Source: Eledone cirrhosa (lineage: Eukaryota). From it: a stretch of DNA of 64,000 nucleotides. The position numbers and the translations under genes are program-made. This document shows, piece after piece, positions 1-13,873 of this stretch (position 1 is its first letter; every line of letters begins with the position of its first letter). Location: the NCBI GenBank assembly GCA_964016885.1, contig OZ024752.1, forward strand, positions 40,920,001 to 40,984,000. Direction: 5' to 3'. The notes beneath the pieces were generated by a model. The model did no database searches and had not been told where the DNA came from. It saw nothing but the letters and a program-made list of their open reading frames with translations.

Positions 1-172
1 TATTTTATTTTATTTTATTTATTTTTTTTTTCTTCTCGTGCAATGGCCATACTCGATAACGAGGGGGCAGCCATCATGTATGTATGTAAATATATGTATA
101 TATGTGTGTTTATATATGTATATATATCTATATCCATACCTGCGTTGTTTTGGCTTTACAAATACAAACGTG

Positions 173-207
<35 letters not shown>

Positions 208-792
208 ATATGTGTGTGTGTGAGAGTGTGTGTGTGCGAGTGTAGTGTGTGTGTGTGTGTATCTGTGTGTGAGAGTGTGTGTGTGCGAGTGTGTGTGTGT
301 AAATAAGCAAATAGAACCGCCAAATACATAAATCTGAACGTAGATACACCTAGAACAAAAGCAAAGTAATTATTGAATATCCTTATACGCAAATAATACA
401 CCCTTGAAACAATATACATACATATATATATATATATACATATACATATTAACCCTTGGTCTTACTGAATTTTGAATGATATATATATATATGTGTGTGT
501 GTGAATGAGATAGAGAGAGAGATAGAGAGGGGGGGGGGGGAGAATACGTGTACACAAAAAATACAGGATTTAAATTGTTCGAGAAATGTTTATGCAAACG
601 CATGCATCTATATATCTATAAACAATTCTAACAATACATATCAAATGGTAAAAGTCTAAGATATTGTTGTAAATATCTTCAGAGACTGTTTATATCCCAA
701 ATAATATACCCCACTATTCGGGAGCTTTCAACAGAAATGGTTGCATTCTTTAAGGGTATGTCAATATTTATTTATAAAACTGATCTATATTA

Positions 793-857
793 TATTTTAT
801 CTGATGAAAGTACACCATAATTTAACTTGGTGTCCTTGAAATATGTATAATGAAATA
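793..857 (+). ncRNA. Minimal type-I hammerhead ribozyme (PLE pLTR type)
   Basis: tattttat CTGATGA aag.acacca-loop-tggtgt.ctt GAAA tatgta TA atgaaata. Stem I is 8 bp with one G.U; stem III is near-palindromic. Confidence 0.75.
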
Positions 858-1953
858 AATATGGTTTTATAAATACGAACAGCGGAGGACGCGTTTCGCA
901 CCATTCCGACAGACAACCTTTCCCCACCCCGGAATAACCCCCAGTTGATGAATGTGAATCCGAAATATATAGGGACAATTAAATCTCTCCCAAGGTAACT
1001 CTCTCTCGTGTTGTTATTTTTATTTTATCCTTTATGCTCTTTCCTTCATTCCTCTACACGTCTTATACACGCCACGCATGTCAACGTACACCCACTTACA
1101 TCTGTCTCTCCACCACAGGATCTTGTTACCCGGAGATTTACCCATTTGCATTGTCGAGGCTTCCAAACGACTTAAAGAAATTTACCATATATATATATAT
1201 ATATATATATACATATTATAATTTTAATATTATGATCACTTTTGTAATTTTATAATTTTATAATTTTAATATTATAATATTATAATTTTAATATTATGAT
1301 CACTTTTGTTTCAAAGCATAGTCTTCATTATCCAAAATCGATAAACATGTATATTTTTTGTATTTAGGAGAAGACTTGGAACCTATCAGAAAAATCCCAA
1401 ATATTTTACCCACGGGGAAATAATATCACTTTGTGTAACTGATTGGATTACTTTTAAAATCGATTTTAAAATTGTATATTTATCCTAAAAGGTATCACCA
1501 TTCTTCGACTACTGTCGAGATGATGGATCTCACTCTCATGCCCCAGAATTCCCTGTCCCCCATATAGTGTGGTTCCCTGAGGAACAGGAACCCCGGTGCA
1601 GTCAGTTGCAAAATCCATCATCTTTTCAAATAGCTAATAATATGTATGGGCGCCATTACTACACACAGGTATACTTAACATTATATTTTAGATTATAGAT
1701 ATATTGTTAACCACGTGCTTGGAGTGTGCTGTTGCTACATTTTATGAATGTGAATAGAAATCTGCACATGAGTGGCTGTGATGTATCCAAGTGCATACGG
1801 TGTATGCACATATCCATATGTATATATATATATATATTTGTGTGTGTGTGTATGCGCATATGCATGTGTGTACATATAAATATATATGTGTGTGTTTGCG
1901 CATATGCATATATATATACATATATATATATGTGTATGTCTAAGCGCCTATGC

Positions 1954-2043
<90 letters not shown>

Positions 2044-2106
2044 GCATACATACATATATTTATATATTTATATTTATATTTATATTTATATATATACATA
2101 CAAACT

Positions 2107-2170
<64 letters not shown>

Positions 2171-2296
2171 ATACTTTGGGAGGGTCATGTTGCCAATAAG
2201 AAACACACGCACCATTTGCTTTCACTTCAATTTATTATATATTTATAAATTTCTGGTTGGTTGGTTGGTTCCACAACCAGATGATTGTTTATATAT

Positions 2297-2341
2297 AGTC
2301 ATAGTCCTTTCGTCACACACTCTGTGACCTCTTCAGTGACT
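2297..2341 (-). ncRNA. Minimal hammerhead ribozyme with an extra nucleotide after A9
   Basis: Reverse complement: agtca CTGAAGA g gtcaca gagtg tgtgac GAAA ggac TA tgact. Confidence 0.65.
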
Positions 2342-2368
2342 GGGGATTGCTAAACAAATTCAGAAACG

Positions 2369-2426
<58 letters not shown>

Positions 2427-2428
<2 letters not shown>

Positions 2429-2623
2429 CGAAGGAAATGGGGTACCGAACCAGATGGACCATAACGCACCAAAGTACTCAATACTTAGGGTAGTAGAGTG
2501 GGTAATAGGAACGAGTAGGACCCCGACGGCTGAGCTCAAGCCATTTCGACGGCTAATTCTGGACTCATGCGTCCAGAATTAGCCGTCGAAACGGCTTGAG
2601 CTCAGCCGTCGGGGTCCCACTCG

Positions 2624-2626
<3 letters not shown>
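2427..2626 (-). mobile_element. PLE-like pLTR fragment (family A) with a 56-bp inverted repeat, inserted in (TA)n
   Basis: Arms 2509-2564 and 2571-2626, spacer tcatgc. Contains the HHR 3' half GAAAC ggct..agcc GTC gggg. Homologs at 5696-5902, 18153-18352, 21852-22058, 31583-31650, 55570-55678, 58392-58534, 60722-60840 and 62195-62255. Confidence 0.65.
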
Positions 2627-2668
<42 letters not shown>

Positions 2669-2708
2669 GATATTAAATAAATGGAAACTATATTTATAAA
2701 ACCATATT

Positions 2709-2774
2709 TATTTCATTATATATATTTCAGGGATATCATATTAACAATATGTTATGCCTTCTTCAGACAAAATA
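2709..2774 (-). ncRNA. Minimal type-I hammerhead ribozyme
   Basis: Reverse complement: tattttgt CTGAAGA agg...cct GAAA tatata TA atgaaata. Palindromic stem III (ATATATAT); same family as 56011/56230. Confidence 0.75.
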
Positions 2775-2863
2775 CAATATAGACAGTTTTATAGATAAAT
2801 AGATTTGACATACCGTTCAACATCGACTTGTATTTGAAAAATGTATATATAGTTAGATAGATA

Positions 2864-3060
2864 TATTTCTTTATTTACCATAAAGGCATAAAAGAAGGGA
2901 CAAATACAAAGGGGGAGTTTACATAAAACCGAGTAAAAAGGGTATAAAATGAAAATAATCGAAAACAACCTCAAAAGGGAGGGGACGGGATGGGGGTTGC
3001 ACACACCCGGAAAAAGTGTACAATCCTTTGCCCGGGGAGCACATGGAGAAGGTGCTCCCC
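2864..3060 (-). mobile_element. 5'-truncated Tx1/L1-like LINE 3' UTR with 22-bp target-site duplication
   Basis: tgtatatatagttagatagata at 2842-2863 and 3061-3082. Ends in aataaagaaat on the minus strand. Homologous to 28324-28682, which retains the ORF2 C-terminus. Copy B equivalent at ~18592-18789. Confidence 0.65.
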
Positions 3061-3072
3061 TGTATATATAGT

Positions 3073-3133
<61 letters not shown>

Positions 3134-3379
3134 GCGTGTGTATGAGAGCTTGTGTGTGCATGATTCGTGCATGTGCACGCGTGCGTGCTGCTTATGAGTG
3201 TGCGCATAGATAGCTGCGTATAATATTTAGCTGAATACAGATCGAATAAATATAGTCAGTGAAAAGGGCCAGCTGACGCGAGGGAAGTTTATTTAAGCAG
3301 ATATCTAAATTCTGCGGCTGCAATGGCGGAGCGCACGGGTCAGACTTCAGGATTATTCGCTTTCTACTTGTCACCAGAA

Positions 3380-3380
3380 T

Positions 3381-3413
<33 letters not shown>

Positions 3414-4760
3414 GTTTGTGTGTGTGTGTGGGTGAGGGGGGTGGGGGGGGTGCACGTATACATATATGTATATTGTATGTGTGTATATATATGTGTGTGT
3501 GTATATATACATATATATGTGTGTGTGTGTGTATATACATATATGTGTGTGTGTATGTGTGTATGTATATGTATATAAATACATATAAATATAATTTATA
3601 TATATATATATTTGTTTGTGTGTGTGGAGGGGAAGGGGGGGGGGGGGGTACACGTAAACATATATGTATATGTATATATATATATATATGTTTGTGTGTG
3701 TGTGTGGGTGAGTGAAGGGGCGGAGGTGGGGGGTGCACGTATACATATATGTATATGTATATATATATATATATGTATCTGTGTATATATATGTGTGTGT
3801 GTATATATACATATATATGTGTGTGTGTGTGTATATACATATATATGTTTGTGTGTGTGTTTGTGTGTGAGCGGGTGTGTGTGCACGTATACATATATGT
3901 ATATGTATATATGTATGTGTGTATATATATGTGTGTGTGTATATATACATATATATGTGTGTGTGTGTATATATACATATATGTGTGTGTGTATGTGTGT
4001 ATGTATATGTATATAAATACATATAAATATAATTTATATATATATATATATGTTTGTGTGTGTGGGGGGGAAGGGGGGTACGCGTATACATATATGTATA
4101 TGTATATATATATATATATGTTTGTGTGTGTGTGTGGGTGAGTGAAGGGGCGGGGGTGGGGGGGGTGCACGTATACATATATGTATATGTATATATATAT
4201 ATATATGTATCTGTGTATATATATGTGTGTGTGTATATATACATATATATGTGTGTGTGTGTGTGTATATACATATATATGTTTGTGTGTGTGTGTGTAT
4301 GTATGTATATATAAATACATATAAATATAATTTATATATATATATGTTTGCGTGTGTAGGGGGGAGGGGGGTACACGTATACATATATGTATATGTATAT
4401 ATATATATATGTATGTGTGTATATATATGTGTGTGTGTATATATACATATATATGTGTGTGTATATATACATATGTGTGTGTGTGTGTGTATGTATGTAT
4501 ATATAAATACATATAGATATAATATATATATATATATGTGTTTGTGTGTGTGTGTGCGGGTGTGGGTGTGCACGTATACATATATGTATATGCATATATA
4601 TATATGTATATATATGTGTGTGTGTATATATATATATATACATATATATGTGTGTGTGTGTATATATACATATATGTGTATGTGTGTGTGAGTATGTATA
4701 TATAAATACATATAAATATAATTATATATATATATATATATATAATTATATTTATATATT
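3380..4760. repeat. Higher-order compound TA/TG minisatellite with G-run spacers (longer in copy B, ~19110-20700)
   Basis: Recurring modules gtgcacgtatacatatatgtatatg, ataaatacatataaatataattt and gggtgagtgaaggggcgg. Confidence 0.85.
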
Positions 4761-4809
4761 ACAGATCGAAACTGACTCTGCATTCGCAAAGTCGACAGAT
4801 ATGTTTTGC

Positions 4810-4850
<41 letters not shown>

Positions 4851-5030
4851 TATATACATATACATATACAAATATATATATAATATATATCTTAGATGTG
4901 ATAAAAACTACAGACCCTCCATCTCAACTCTACTTTTGAAAAGCAGAAGAACTGCGAAACCGGTAAAGGAACCAAATAAATATATATTTTTTTTTAAAAA
5001 TAAAACTCCAGTTGCATTTTCGATTTCATC

Positions 5031-5121
<91 letters not shown>

Positions 5122-5165
5122 ATATATAATATATAAGATAAAAAGATGGTAAAAAAAGTTCCATG

Positions 5166-5236
5166 TATTTTATTATGCGCATTTCAAAAACAAATATCAT
5201 CATGCAATAACATTTGTGTTTTCGTCAGATAAAATA
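5166..5236 (-). ncRNA. Minimal type-I hammerhead ribozyme
   Basis: Reverse complement: tattttat CTGACGA aaacacaaatg...tatttgttttt GAAA tgcgca TA ataaaata. Perfect 8-bp stem I; palindromic stem III ATGCGCAT. Confidence 0.8.
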
Positions 5237-5393
5237 GGAAGACATGATATGAAGGTTAAAAAACACTTGTGAATAGTGCAGTTTTAAATCAACATATAAT
5301 TATATATTATTTATACTCCAGTCCTACAAACTGTAGAGTGCTTCTTATCCGATATCTGCATTGCTTTATTGTACTACAATAAAACTCACCTCC

Positions 5394-5509
<116 letters not shown>

Positions 5510-5637
5510 CACATATATATATACATATATATGTATATACATACAGAGTTTGCAACCGTAAAGTTATTTATCTACATATGATGTTAAGAACAGCTCTTCT
5601 AGTTACATAATGAAAGTGAAGGAGATGAACATTTTCC

Positions 5638-5695
<58 letters not shown>

Positions 5696-5697
<2 letters not shown>

Positions 5698-5900
5698 AAC
5701 GGGTAGGACCCCGACGGCTGAGCTCAAGCCGTTTCGACGGTTAATTCTGGACTCAGACTTCTGAGTCCTGAATTAGCCGTCGAAACGGCTTGAGCTCAGC
5801 CGTCGGGGTCCTACCCGTTCCTATTACCCACTCTACTACCCTAAGTATTGAGTACTTTGGTGCTTTATGGTCCACCTGGTTCCTTACCACATTTCCTTTG

Positions 5901-5902
<2 letters not shown>
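5696..5902 (+). mobile_element. PLE-like pLTR fragment (family A) with ~62-bp inverted repeat, in (TA)n
   Basis: Inverted repeat 5696-5821 centred on actcagacttctgagt, then an ~80-bp unpaired extension; TA runs on both sides. Confidence 0.65.
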
Positions 5903-5936
<34 letters not shown>

Positions 5937-6064
5937 AATAGAAGAAACGAAATTTCATTTCTCACTCTTAGTATGGCAGTTACTTCTTAAATGTACATAG
6001 ATACATATTTACATTTATATATATATATATACGTATACGTATATATATACATATATATATATAC

Positions 6065-6100
<36 letters not shown>

Positions 6101-6203
6101 GTATATATATATATATATATACGTATATATATATACGTATATATATATATATATACGTATATATATATATATATATACGTATATATATATATATATATAT
6201 ACG

Positions 6204-6239
<36 letters not shown>

Positions 6240-6470
6240 CGTATATATATTATATGATATATACGTATATATACAGAGAGAGAGAGCGAGAGAGAGAGAG
6301 CGTGAGGGGTGATAAATAGCTAGGCATGATTCTATAAAAGCAGTCGATATAAATGCGCCATAATGACACATCGAGAGAGTGGCCCGTGTGAAAACCTTGT
6401 TTCAAATTTATATTATTTTATACTTAATTGTAAATACCAAGTTACACGTCTACCGTCTTACTGGAAGGAC

Positions 6471-6528
6471 AGGTGTTGGTGGTGGTGTTGGTGGCGGTGT
6501 TGGTGGCGGTGTTGTGTGGTGGTGGTGG

Positions 6529-6559
<31 letters not shown>

Positions 6560-7345
6560 GATGCTGGTGGTGGTGGTGGTGGTTGAGGTGATGGTGGTAG
6601 TGGTAGTGGTGGTGGGCCGGGGTGGGGGAGGGCGGTAGGCGTTTGGAGGTGGTGGTTGTCGTCATCGTGGTTGGTTTTGGTGGTGGTTGTCGTCGTCGTG
6701 GTGGTTTTGGTGGTGGCGTTGGTGGTGGTGGTATTGGTGGTAGTGGTGGTGGTGGTTGAGGTGATGGTTGTAGTGGTAGTGGTGGTGGTGGGGAGGGCGG
6801 TAGGTGTTTAGAGGTGGTGGTTGTCGTCGTCGTGGTGGTTTTGGTGGTGGCGTTGGTGGCGGTGGTGGTGGTAGTAGTGGTGTGTGGTGGTTGAGGTGAG
6901 GTGGTAGTGGTAGTGGTGGTGGGTGTGGGGGAGGGCGTTAGGGGGTTTGGAGGTGGTGGTTGTCGTCGTCGTGGTGGTTTTGGTGGTGGCGGTGGTGGTG
7001 GTAGTAGTGGTGGTGGTGGTGGTTGAGGTGAGGTGGTAGTGGTAGTGGTAGTGGTGGTGGTGTGGGTGGGGGAGGGGCGGTAGGGGGTTTGGAGGTGGTG
7101 GTTGTCGTCGTCGTGGTAGTGTGTGGTGGTAGTGGCAAGTGGTGGTGGAGTGGGGTGGTGGTGGGGGATGGGGGAGGGCGGTAGGGGTTTGGAGGTGGTG
7201 GTTGTCGTCGTCGTCGTGGTGTGTGGGTGGTGGCGCTGGTGGTGGTGGTAGCGGTGGTGGTGGTGGTGGTGTGGTGGCGGTTGAGGTGATGGTGGTAGTG
7301 GTAGTGGTGGTGGTTGGATGTGGTGGTGGTGGTGATGGTGGAGGG
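6471..7345. repeat. (GGT)n-based compound minisatellite (copy B 22625-23475)
   Basis: Repeated ggggagggcggtagggggtttggaggtggtggttgtcgtcgtcgtgg module among GGT triplets. Confidence 0.9.
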
Positions 7346-7490
7346 AGTAAGGCTCGTTTCAATTGAATATTCATGTGTCCTTAATTGCTTTTAATCCCTT
7401 CACCTTCTGATCTCAATCTAATTTATAACAAGGAGGACCTATATTACAAATGCATATATACATGCATAGGAATACGTACAAGCATTTACC

Positions 7491-7525
<35 letters not shown>

Positions 7526-7593
7526 ATATATACACATGTATATATGTATATATATACACAACTATATATATATGTGTGTATATATATGTATAC

Positions 7594-7667
<74 letters not shown>

Positions 7668-8523
7668 TATATACATGTATATATGTATATATATATACAA
7701 ATATATATATGTGTGTAAATATATATATACACACACATACACACATACACACACACACATATATATATATATGCAAGCACTTTGACGTACACTTACAAAC
7801 TCTTGAGCACTTACACGGTTTTACATAAAACATACACACTTCCACACAGAATGGAAACTGTAGACAAATTCATTGTCAATATAGAGAAGCAATAGTACAT
7901 ATTTCTACACTGACAGTGACACGTGGACCCAATATAATAGATTGTTAATATATTACTTGTTTTGTTGATGTCAAGCAAAGAACGTTAGTCTGTCCCGTCT
8001 GTCCATTTGTCCCCTTTCTCTGCAAGTGATCATCTTGAAGAGTTCGGAAAGGACAAACAAAGTTTTTAGCACCGATAGAAATAAACCGACAATTAATTCG
8101 CAGACACAAAGATTAATTTCTTTGCTGTAACTGTTTTTCTAGTTCCTTCGTGATGGAGCGTATAGATGACATTCATTAAACGAAGCTCGCTGATATTTTC
8201 CTGTAATCCCTAGGATTTTACAATTCAATAAAACTGATATGACATCAATAAATTAGAAACACGGTTTGTTGATGTGAATAGGTGTGGGTGATCTACTGAT
8301 TCTTGGCGACGGCGGTTGGAGGCGACAAAAACGTAGCAAGATTTAGAAAGGGTGCAGTATGTTATGGTGTGTTACAACTGATTTTATTGTTTTTCTATGG
8401 CTGTTTATTGTCTGGGGTTGCAGTTGTAAGATTTTTTTTTCCTGGCTCATAGATGTGTGAGTGTGTATTTACGTGTTATTTTAATACTATATAAATCAAA
8501 ACCTTGAGTATCTCTGTGTGTGT

Positions 8524-8607
<84 letters not shown>

Positions 8608-8841
8608 AGGTCTCTGTGGATGTAGTATGTTTGCATGTGTATATGTGTATTAAGTGCACGAAAGGCAATATAAATGAACAAAAAATGTCAATTTCCCCGC
8701 AGCAAGATGGCCGTCTTATTTGTAATATACGCCACTCGTTACAAATGGCCGCACGCTGACATGCTTCATATACATTTGTCAGTCGAAATGAAATAATTTA
8801 AAAAATGTTTAGCCTGGCAACTGTATTAGAAAAAAATAAGA

Positions 8842-9190
8842 CTTTCTACTATTGGGCACAGGGCCAGCAAATTATACCAGTACATTACTGGTACTTTATT
8901 TTATCGATTCACATTACTGGTGCTTTATTTTATCGAAATTTGGCAGATTCTACATTATTGGTGCTTTATTTATCGACTCAGTAGGGATGAAAAGCAAAGT
9001 TAACCTCGGTGGGATTTGAACTCAGACTGTAAAGAGGCATAACTCTATGCTGTATTTTCAGCTGAGTATTCTGGAGCGACGGGAAATGAAAGTGTTTTGC
9101 TCAATAACAAAACACACAATCTAATCCAGGAATCGAACCCACGACATTATGATCGTTAGTCAAACACACATATCATTAGGCCAGGCACTT
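8842..9190 (-). mobile_element. Degenerate Meta/MESC-like SINE followed by a CORE-like SINE (copy B ~24975-25320)
   Basis: ttaacctcggtgggatttgaactcag (B-box complement) and gaaatgaaagtgttttgctcaa...ggaatcgaaccc. Confidence 0.65.
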
Positions 9191-9230
9191 CCGATGTATT
9201 CTTAACAACCTATATCTTCTTAACACAGTT

Positions 9231-9664
9231 GAATGATATTTGAGGGAAATTTGGTAGATTCCACAGCTGTAGCATCATTCCTTCATAGCCAGCAGAGTAG
9301 AATGATATTTGAGGGGAAATTCGGCAGATTCCACAGCTCTAGCATCACTCCCTTATAGCCAGCAGAGTAGAATGATATTTGAGGGAAATTTGGTAGATTC
9401 CACAGCTGTAGCACCATTCCTTCATAGCCAGCAGAGTAGAATAATATTTGAGGGAAATTTGGCAGATTCCACAGCTCTAGCATCACTCCTTATAGCCAGC
9501 AGAGTAGAATGATATTTGAGGGAAATTTGGTAGATTCCACAGCTGTAGCATCATTCCTTCATAGCCAGCAGAGTAGAATGATATTTGAGGGAAATTCGGC
9601 AGATTCCATAGCACTAGCATCACTCCTTATAGCCAGCCTATGGACGTTTCAGCCTAACCTCGTA
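9231..9664 (-). repeat. Six ~69-bp tandem units (alternating A/B variants) ending in a mariner-type TIR plus TA; copy B 25361-25792
   Basis: Units begin gaatgatatttgagggaaatt. The terminal cagcctatggacgtttcagcctaacctcgTA matches the TIR of the MITE at 37832. Confidence 0.8.
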
Positions 9665-9926
9665 TAGAAATCGAGCGCTTTGTGGATGGCTACAAATGTC
9701 TAATGTCTCGACAAGATTGATGTCTTTATTAACAGAACAAAACCCATAATTTTTCTTTGTTTGCTTTGCCTCATATATAAAGTTGGCAGAAAACTAAAAC
9801 ACATAGATACGGATACATACACACACACATATACACACTTTCATATATATATATATGTAAATATATATATATATATGTATGTATATATATACATATATAT
9901 ATATATATAGAGAGAGAGAAACACAC

Positions 9927-10001
<75 letters not shown>

Positions 10002-10595
10002 CATACATACACACACACACACATATATATATATTATATATACATAATATAATATATATATATATATATATATATTATACACATACATAGAAACACACAC
10101 ATGCTCACAAATATATATATATATAATATATATATATACAGTATATATATATATATATATATATATATACAAATACATACACATACATATATAAATACAT
10201 ACACATGTATACACACATTATATGTAGAATCCTTCGATGCATAATAAAAGTTAGACACGGATTTCTCTATTCACACCATAATTTAATAAAACAAATCATT
10301 TCTGCAAATCATTGTTTACTCAGGCGCGTACACACACACACACATACATAGACAGATGCATGTACACAGACACACACATACTCTCACAAACACGCACACG
10401 GAGAGAGTGAGAGAGAGAGAGAGAAAGAGAGATAGAGGGAGAAAGAGGGAGAGAGATACAGGGAGATAGAGGGAGAGAGAGAGAAATACATAATTCTTGT
10501 ATTTATTGACTATTATGACACAGTTATTAAAATTTTGTTTACAATACGAAACGCTGTTTCATATACGGATTCAAAAACTACCCAATCATTTTAAA

Positions 10596-10676
<81 letters not shown>

Positions 10677-10689
10677 ACATATAAGTATG

Positions 10690-10725
<36 letters not shown>

Positions 10726-10727
10726 CT

Positions 10728-10786
<59 letters not shown>

Positions 10787-10794
10787 ACATATAA

Positions 10795-10891
<97 letters not shown>

Positions 10892-11050
10892 TATATATAT
10901 ATATATATATATACTGGTAAATTGAAAGAAAGAGGTGAAAGATGGAGAAAGTGAAATTATAAGAATAAGGTATTCAAAAAGGAAAGATGGTTGAGCAACA
11001 TACATAGATAGATAGATAATAGATAGATAGAGAGAAAGAGAGAGAGAGAA

Positions 11051-11098
<48 letters not shown>

Positions 11099-11690
11099 TA
11101 AGACAGAGACAGACAGAGAAAGAGTAGAAGAGAGAGAGAGTGAGAGAAACGGACAGAAGATGAAGGGATAGGCAGAAGGCGTAAGAGGCAGAATGTTAGC
11201 AGAAAATGTATCTTAATCAGCGTATGGTTCTCTTCATTTGAAAGTAAACTGTTGGTTTTTCCCATCGATCATAGAAAGTTCTGCACAATGTTTTCTGTAA
11301 TATAGGTATCGAAATATTAACGACAGGTCAAGATCGAGGAAAGATCAGCAGCAAATTGAGTAAAGATGGCGCTAACATATGTAAGAAATATCTGATAGTT
11401 GCTAACTTCATTTCATATATTTGTCAGGTTCATTGGTTTGTTGGTTTATTGGTTTGTTGGTTTATTGGTTTGTTGGTTTATTGGTTTGCTGGTTTATTGG
11501 CTTGCTGGTTTGTTGTTTGTAGGTTTCTTCCGGTGTTTATATTGAGATTGATTCCCTCTAAGTGTGTAGTTTTACATCATTGTAAGATGTTAGATTGTTT
11601 GTTCTTGAAGATTTGATTTTAAATTTGCAAATCAATGACACAGGTGGACATACATAATTGTAAACATGCATACGTACACACACACAGACC

Positions 11691-11813
<123 letters not shown>

Positions 11814-12046
11814 ATAATAGTAATAATAGTAAATGTGAAGACTAAAACCGAAAAGGGCTCGATAAGGATAAATATATATCAAATATATAAAAACCATAGG
11901 GCAAATATTTCTTCGGTTGCAACGTTTTTCAAAATATTACTTCTGTGTTCACAGATTGATTTTTTTCAGTTTCAGAAGATCCTGCTAAGGGTGAAAGCAG
12001 AGATTCTTTGCTTAAATTTTAATCGTTTATTTTAATATATATATAA

Positions 12047-12142
<96 letters not shown>

Positions 12143-12348
12143 TTCTTTATTAGCCACAAGGGCACAAAAGAAGGGGACAGATACAAATGGGGAGTTTACA
12201 TACAGGTATATGAAAATAAAACTATTAATAAATAACAAATAACAATTGAAATCCCCAATAGGGGGCGGGGCGTTACACAGGGGTTGTACACACCCCGAAA
12301 AAATGTACAAACCCTCATCTCCAGGAGCATCAAGAGTGAGTACTCTAT

Positions 12349-12548
12349 NNNNNNNNNNNNNNNNNNNNNNNNNNNNNNNNNNNNNNNNNNNNNNNNNNNN
12401 NNNNNNNNNNNNNNNNNNNNNNNNNNNNNNNNNNNNNNNNNNNNNNNNNNNNNNNNNNNNNNNNNNNNNNNNNNNNNNNNNNNNNNNNNNNNNNNNNNNN
12501 NNNNNNNNNNNNNNNNNNNNNNNNNNNNNNNNNNNNNNNNNNNNNNNN
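12349..12548. other. Assembly gap (200 N)
   Basis: Run of 200 n; a fixed size typical of scaffolding joins. Confidence 0.99.
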
Positions 12549-12722
12549 ATTAAGTCTGCAGATTTGTAAATAACCCCCCCCCCCCACTACTGATATAGTA
12601 AATTATCTATGAATAATCAAGGATTGTTATAGTTATTGCTCTGTAATAAACATATGTCCACACAAAAAGTCTATATAGTATACTTATATGCATATATATT
12701 ATATATATGTATATATATATGC

Positions 12723-12780
<58 letters not shown>

Positions 12781-12785
12781 GTGAA

Positions 12786-12902
12786 CGCGTGTGGCTGAGT
12801 GGTTAGAGAATTGGATTCGCAATCGTAAGGTTGTGAGTTCGATTCCTGGACCAGGCCATGCGTTATGTCCTTGAGCAAGACACTTTATTTCACGTTGCTC
12901 CT
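12786..12902 (+). mobile_element. tRNA-derived CORE-like SINE
   Basis: A box tggctgagtgg, B box gagttcgattcc, CORE-like tgtccttgagcaagacacttt. Confidence 0.75.
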
Positions 12903-13026
12903 TCTACCTGGAGTTGCGACCGATAGATAGTATTAGCAATTAGAAAGACCAACGGAAACATTCTTCCCTCGGTCCGATTTGACGAAAGTCGATCGTTCCT
13001 TTTTATATATATATGCATTTATATAC

Positions 13027-13100
<74 letters not shown>

Positions 13101-13102
<2 letters not shown>

Positions 13103-13322
13103 AATCTGAGTTTTTCGAATATTGATAATAACATTCGATTTGTTTGCAATTAACCAAACAAGCCTAACTTTTAAAGCCATGTCAGTGGAATGAACCCTTC
13201 ATTCTTGCTCTTGTCTCGGTATGTAAACACAAGAACAAGAATGAAGGGTTCATTCTACTGAGATGGCTTTAAAAATGAGGCTTGTTTGCATAATTGCAAA
13301 CGAATCGAAAAACCCAGATTAC
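13101..13322. repeat. Imperfect fold-back inverted repeat (~100-bp arms)
   Basis: tttaaagccatgtcagtggaatgaacccttcattcttg pairs with caagaatgaagggttcattctactgagatggctttaaa; outer gtaatctgagtttttcga pairs with tcgaaaaacccagattac. Confidence 0.75.
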
Positions 13323-13376
13323 ATTTATTGTATTCAGCCATGTAGACCATGTAGACCGAAAATTTATATATATATA

Positions 13377-13415
<39 letters not shown>

Positions 13416-13534
13416 GTTATTCCGGGTTGAATCGGAGGTAACCACAGTAAGTAAGGTACTCAATACATAGCAGAGTATAAAAGTTTTAATATAGATGAGA
13501 TTCTACAGGACTAGAACTGTTTCATTCCTCATTC

Positions 13535-13599
13535 ATAGATGAGATTCCTGATGATTTCTGAAGAATGAAACAGTTCTAGTCCTGTAGAATCTCATCTAT
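13535..13599 (+). ncRNA. Type-I hammerhead ribozyme within a (TA)n-flanked fold-back insertion (13415-13604)
   Basis: atagatgagattc CTGATGA tttctgaagaat GAAA cag ttctagtc ctg TA gaatctcatctat. Perfect 13-bp stem I, 4-bp stem III, GUA cleavage triplet. Confidence 0.75.
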
Positions 13600-13812
13600 A
13601 TTAATATATATATATATATAAATTAATAAAATAATGAATAAACAAAGAAACAGTTCCTTATATTAAAAAAATTCATCATTTTACGATCGTTTCTAGGATA
13701 TATATGTGCTAGAGTTGGTATGCATATTCTATAGATCTATGTACAATATTTATACAAACTATCAGAGGGAATATACATACCTACACATATATATGCTGTC
13801 TTCAGAAATAAA

Positions 13813-13873
<61 letters not shown>

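Noticed and set aside
866-977. GC-rich patch differing completely between copies A and B, followed by atccGAAAtataTAgggac
   Set aside because: Only a possible HHR 3' half; the divergent patch may be consensus error and cannot be resolved by eye.
6471-7345. Pro/His/Thr-rich or Gly-rich protein exon, or telomeric repeat
   Set aside because: GGT-based minisatellite with length changes between copies; not TTAGGG.
9231-9664. Regular short repeats resembling a CRISPR array
   Set aside because: No unique spacers, no cas genes, eukaryotic context; it is a MITE-derived tandem repeat.
12786-12870. tRNA gene-like A/B boxes (also 32585, 58277)
   Set aside because: No convincing cloverleaf; the sequence continues into a CORE-like SINE body or is truncated.
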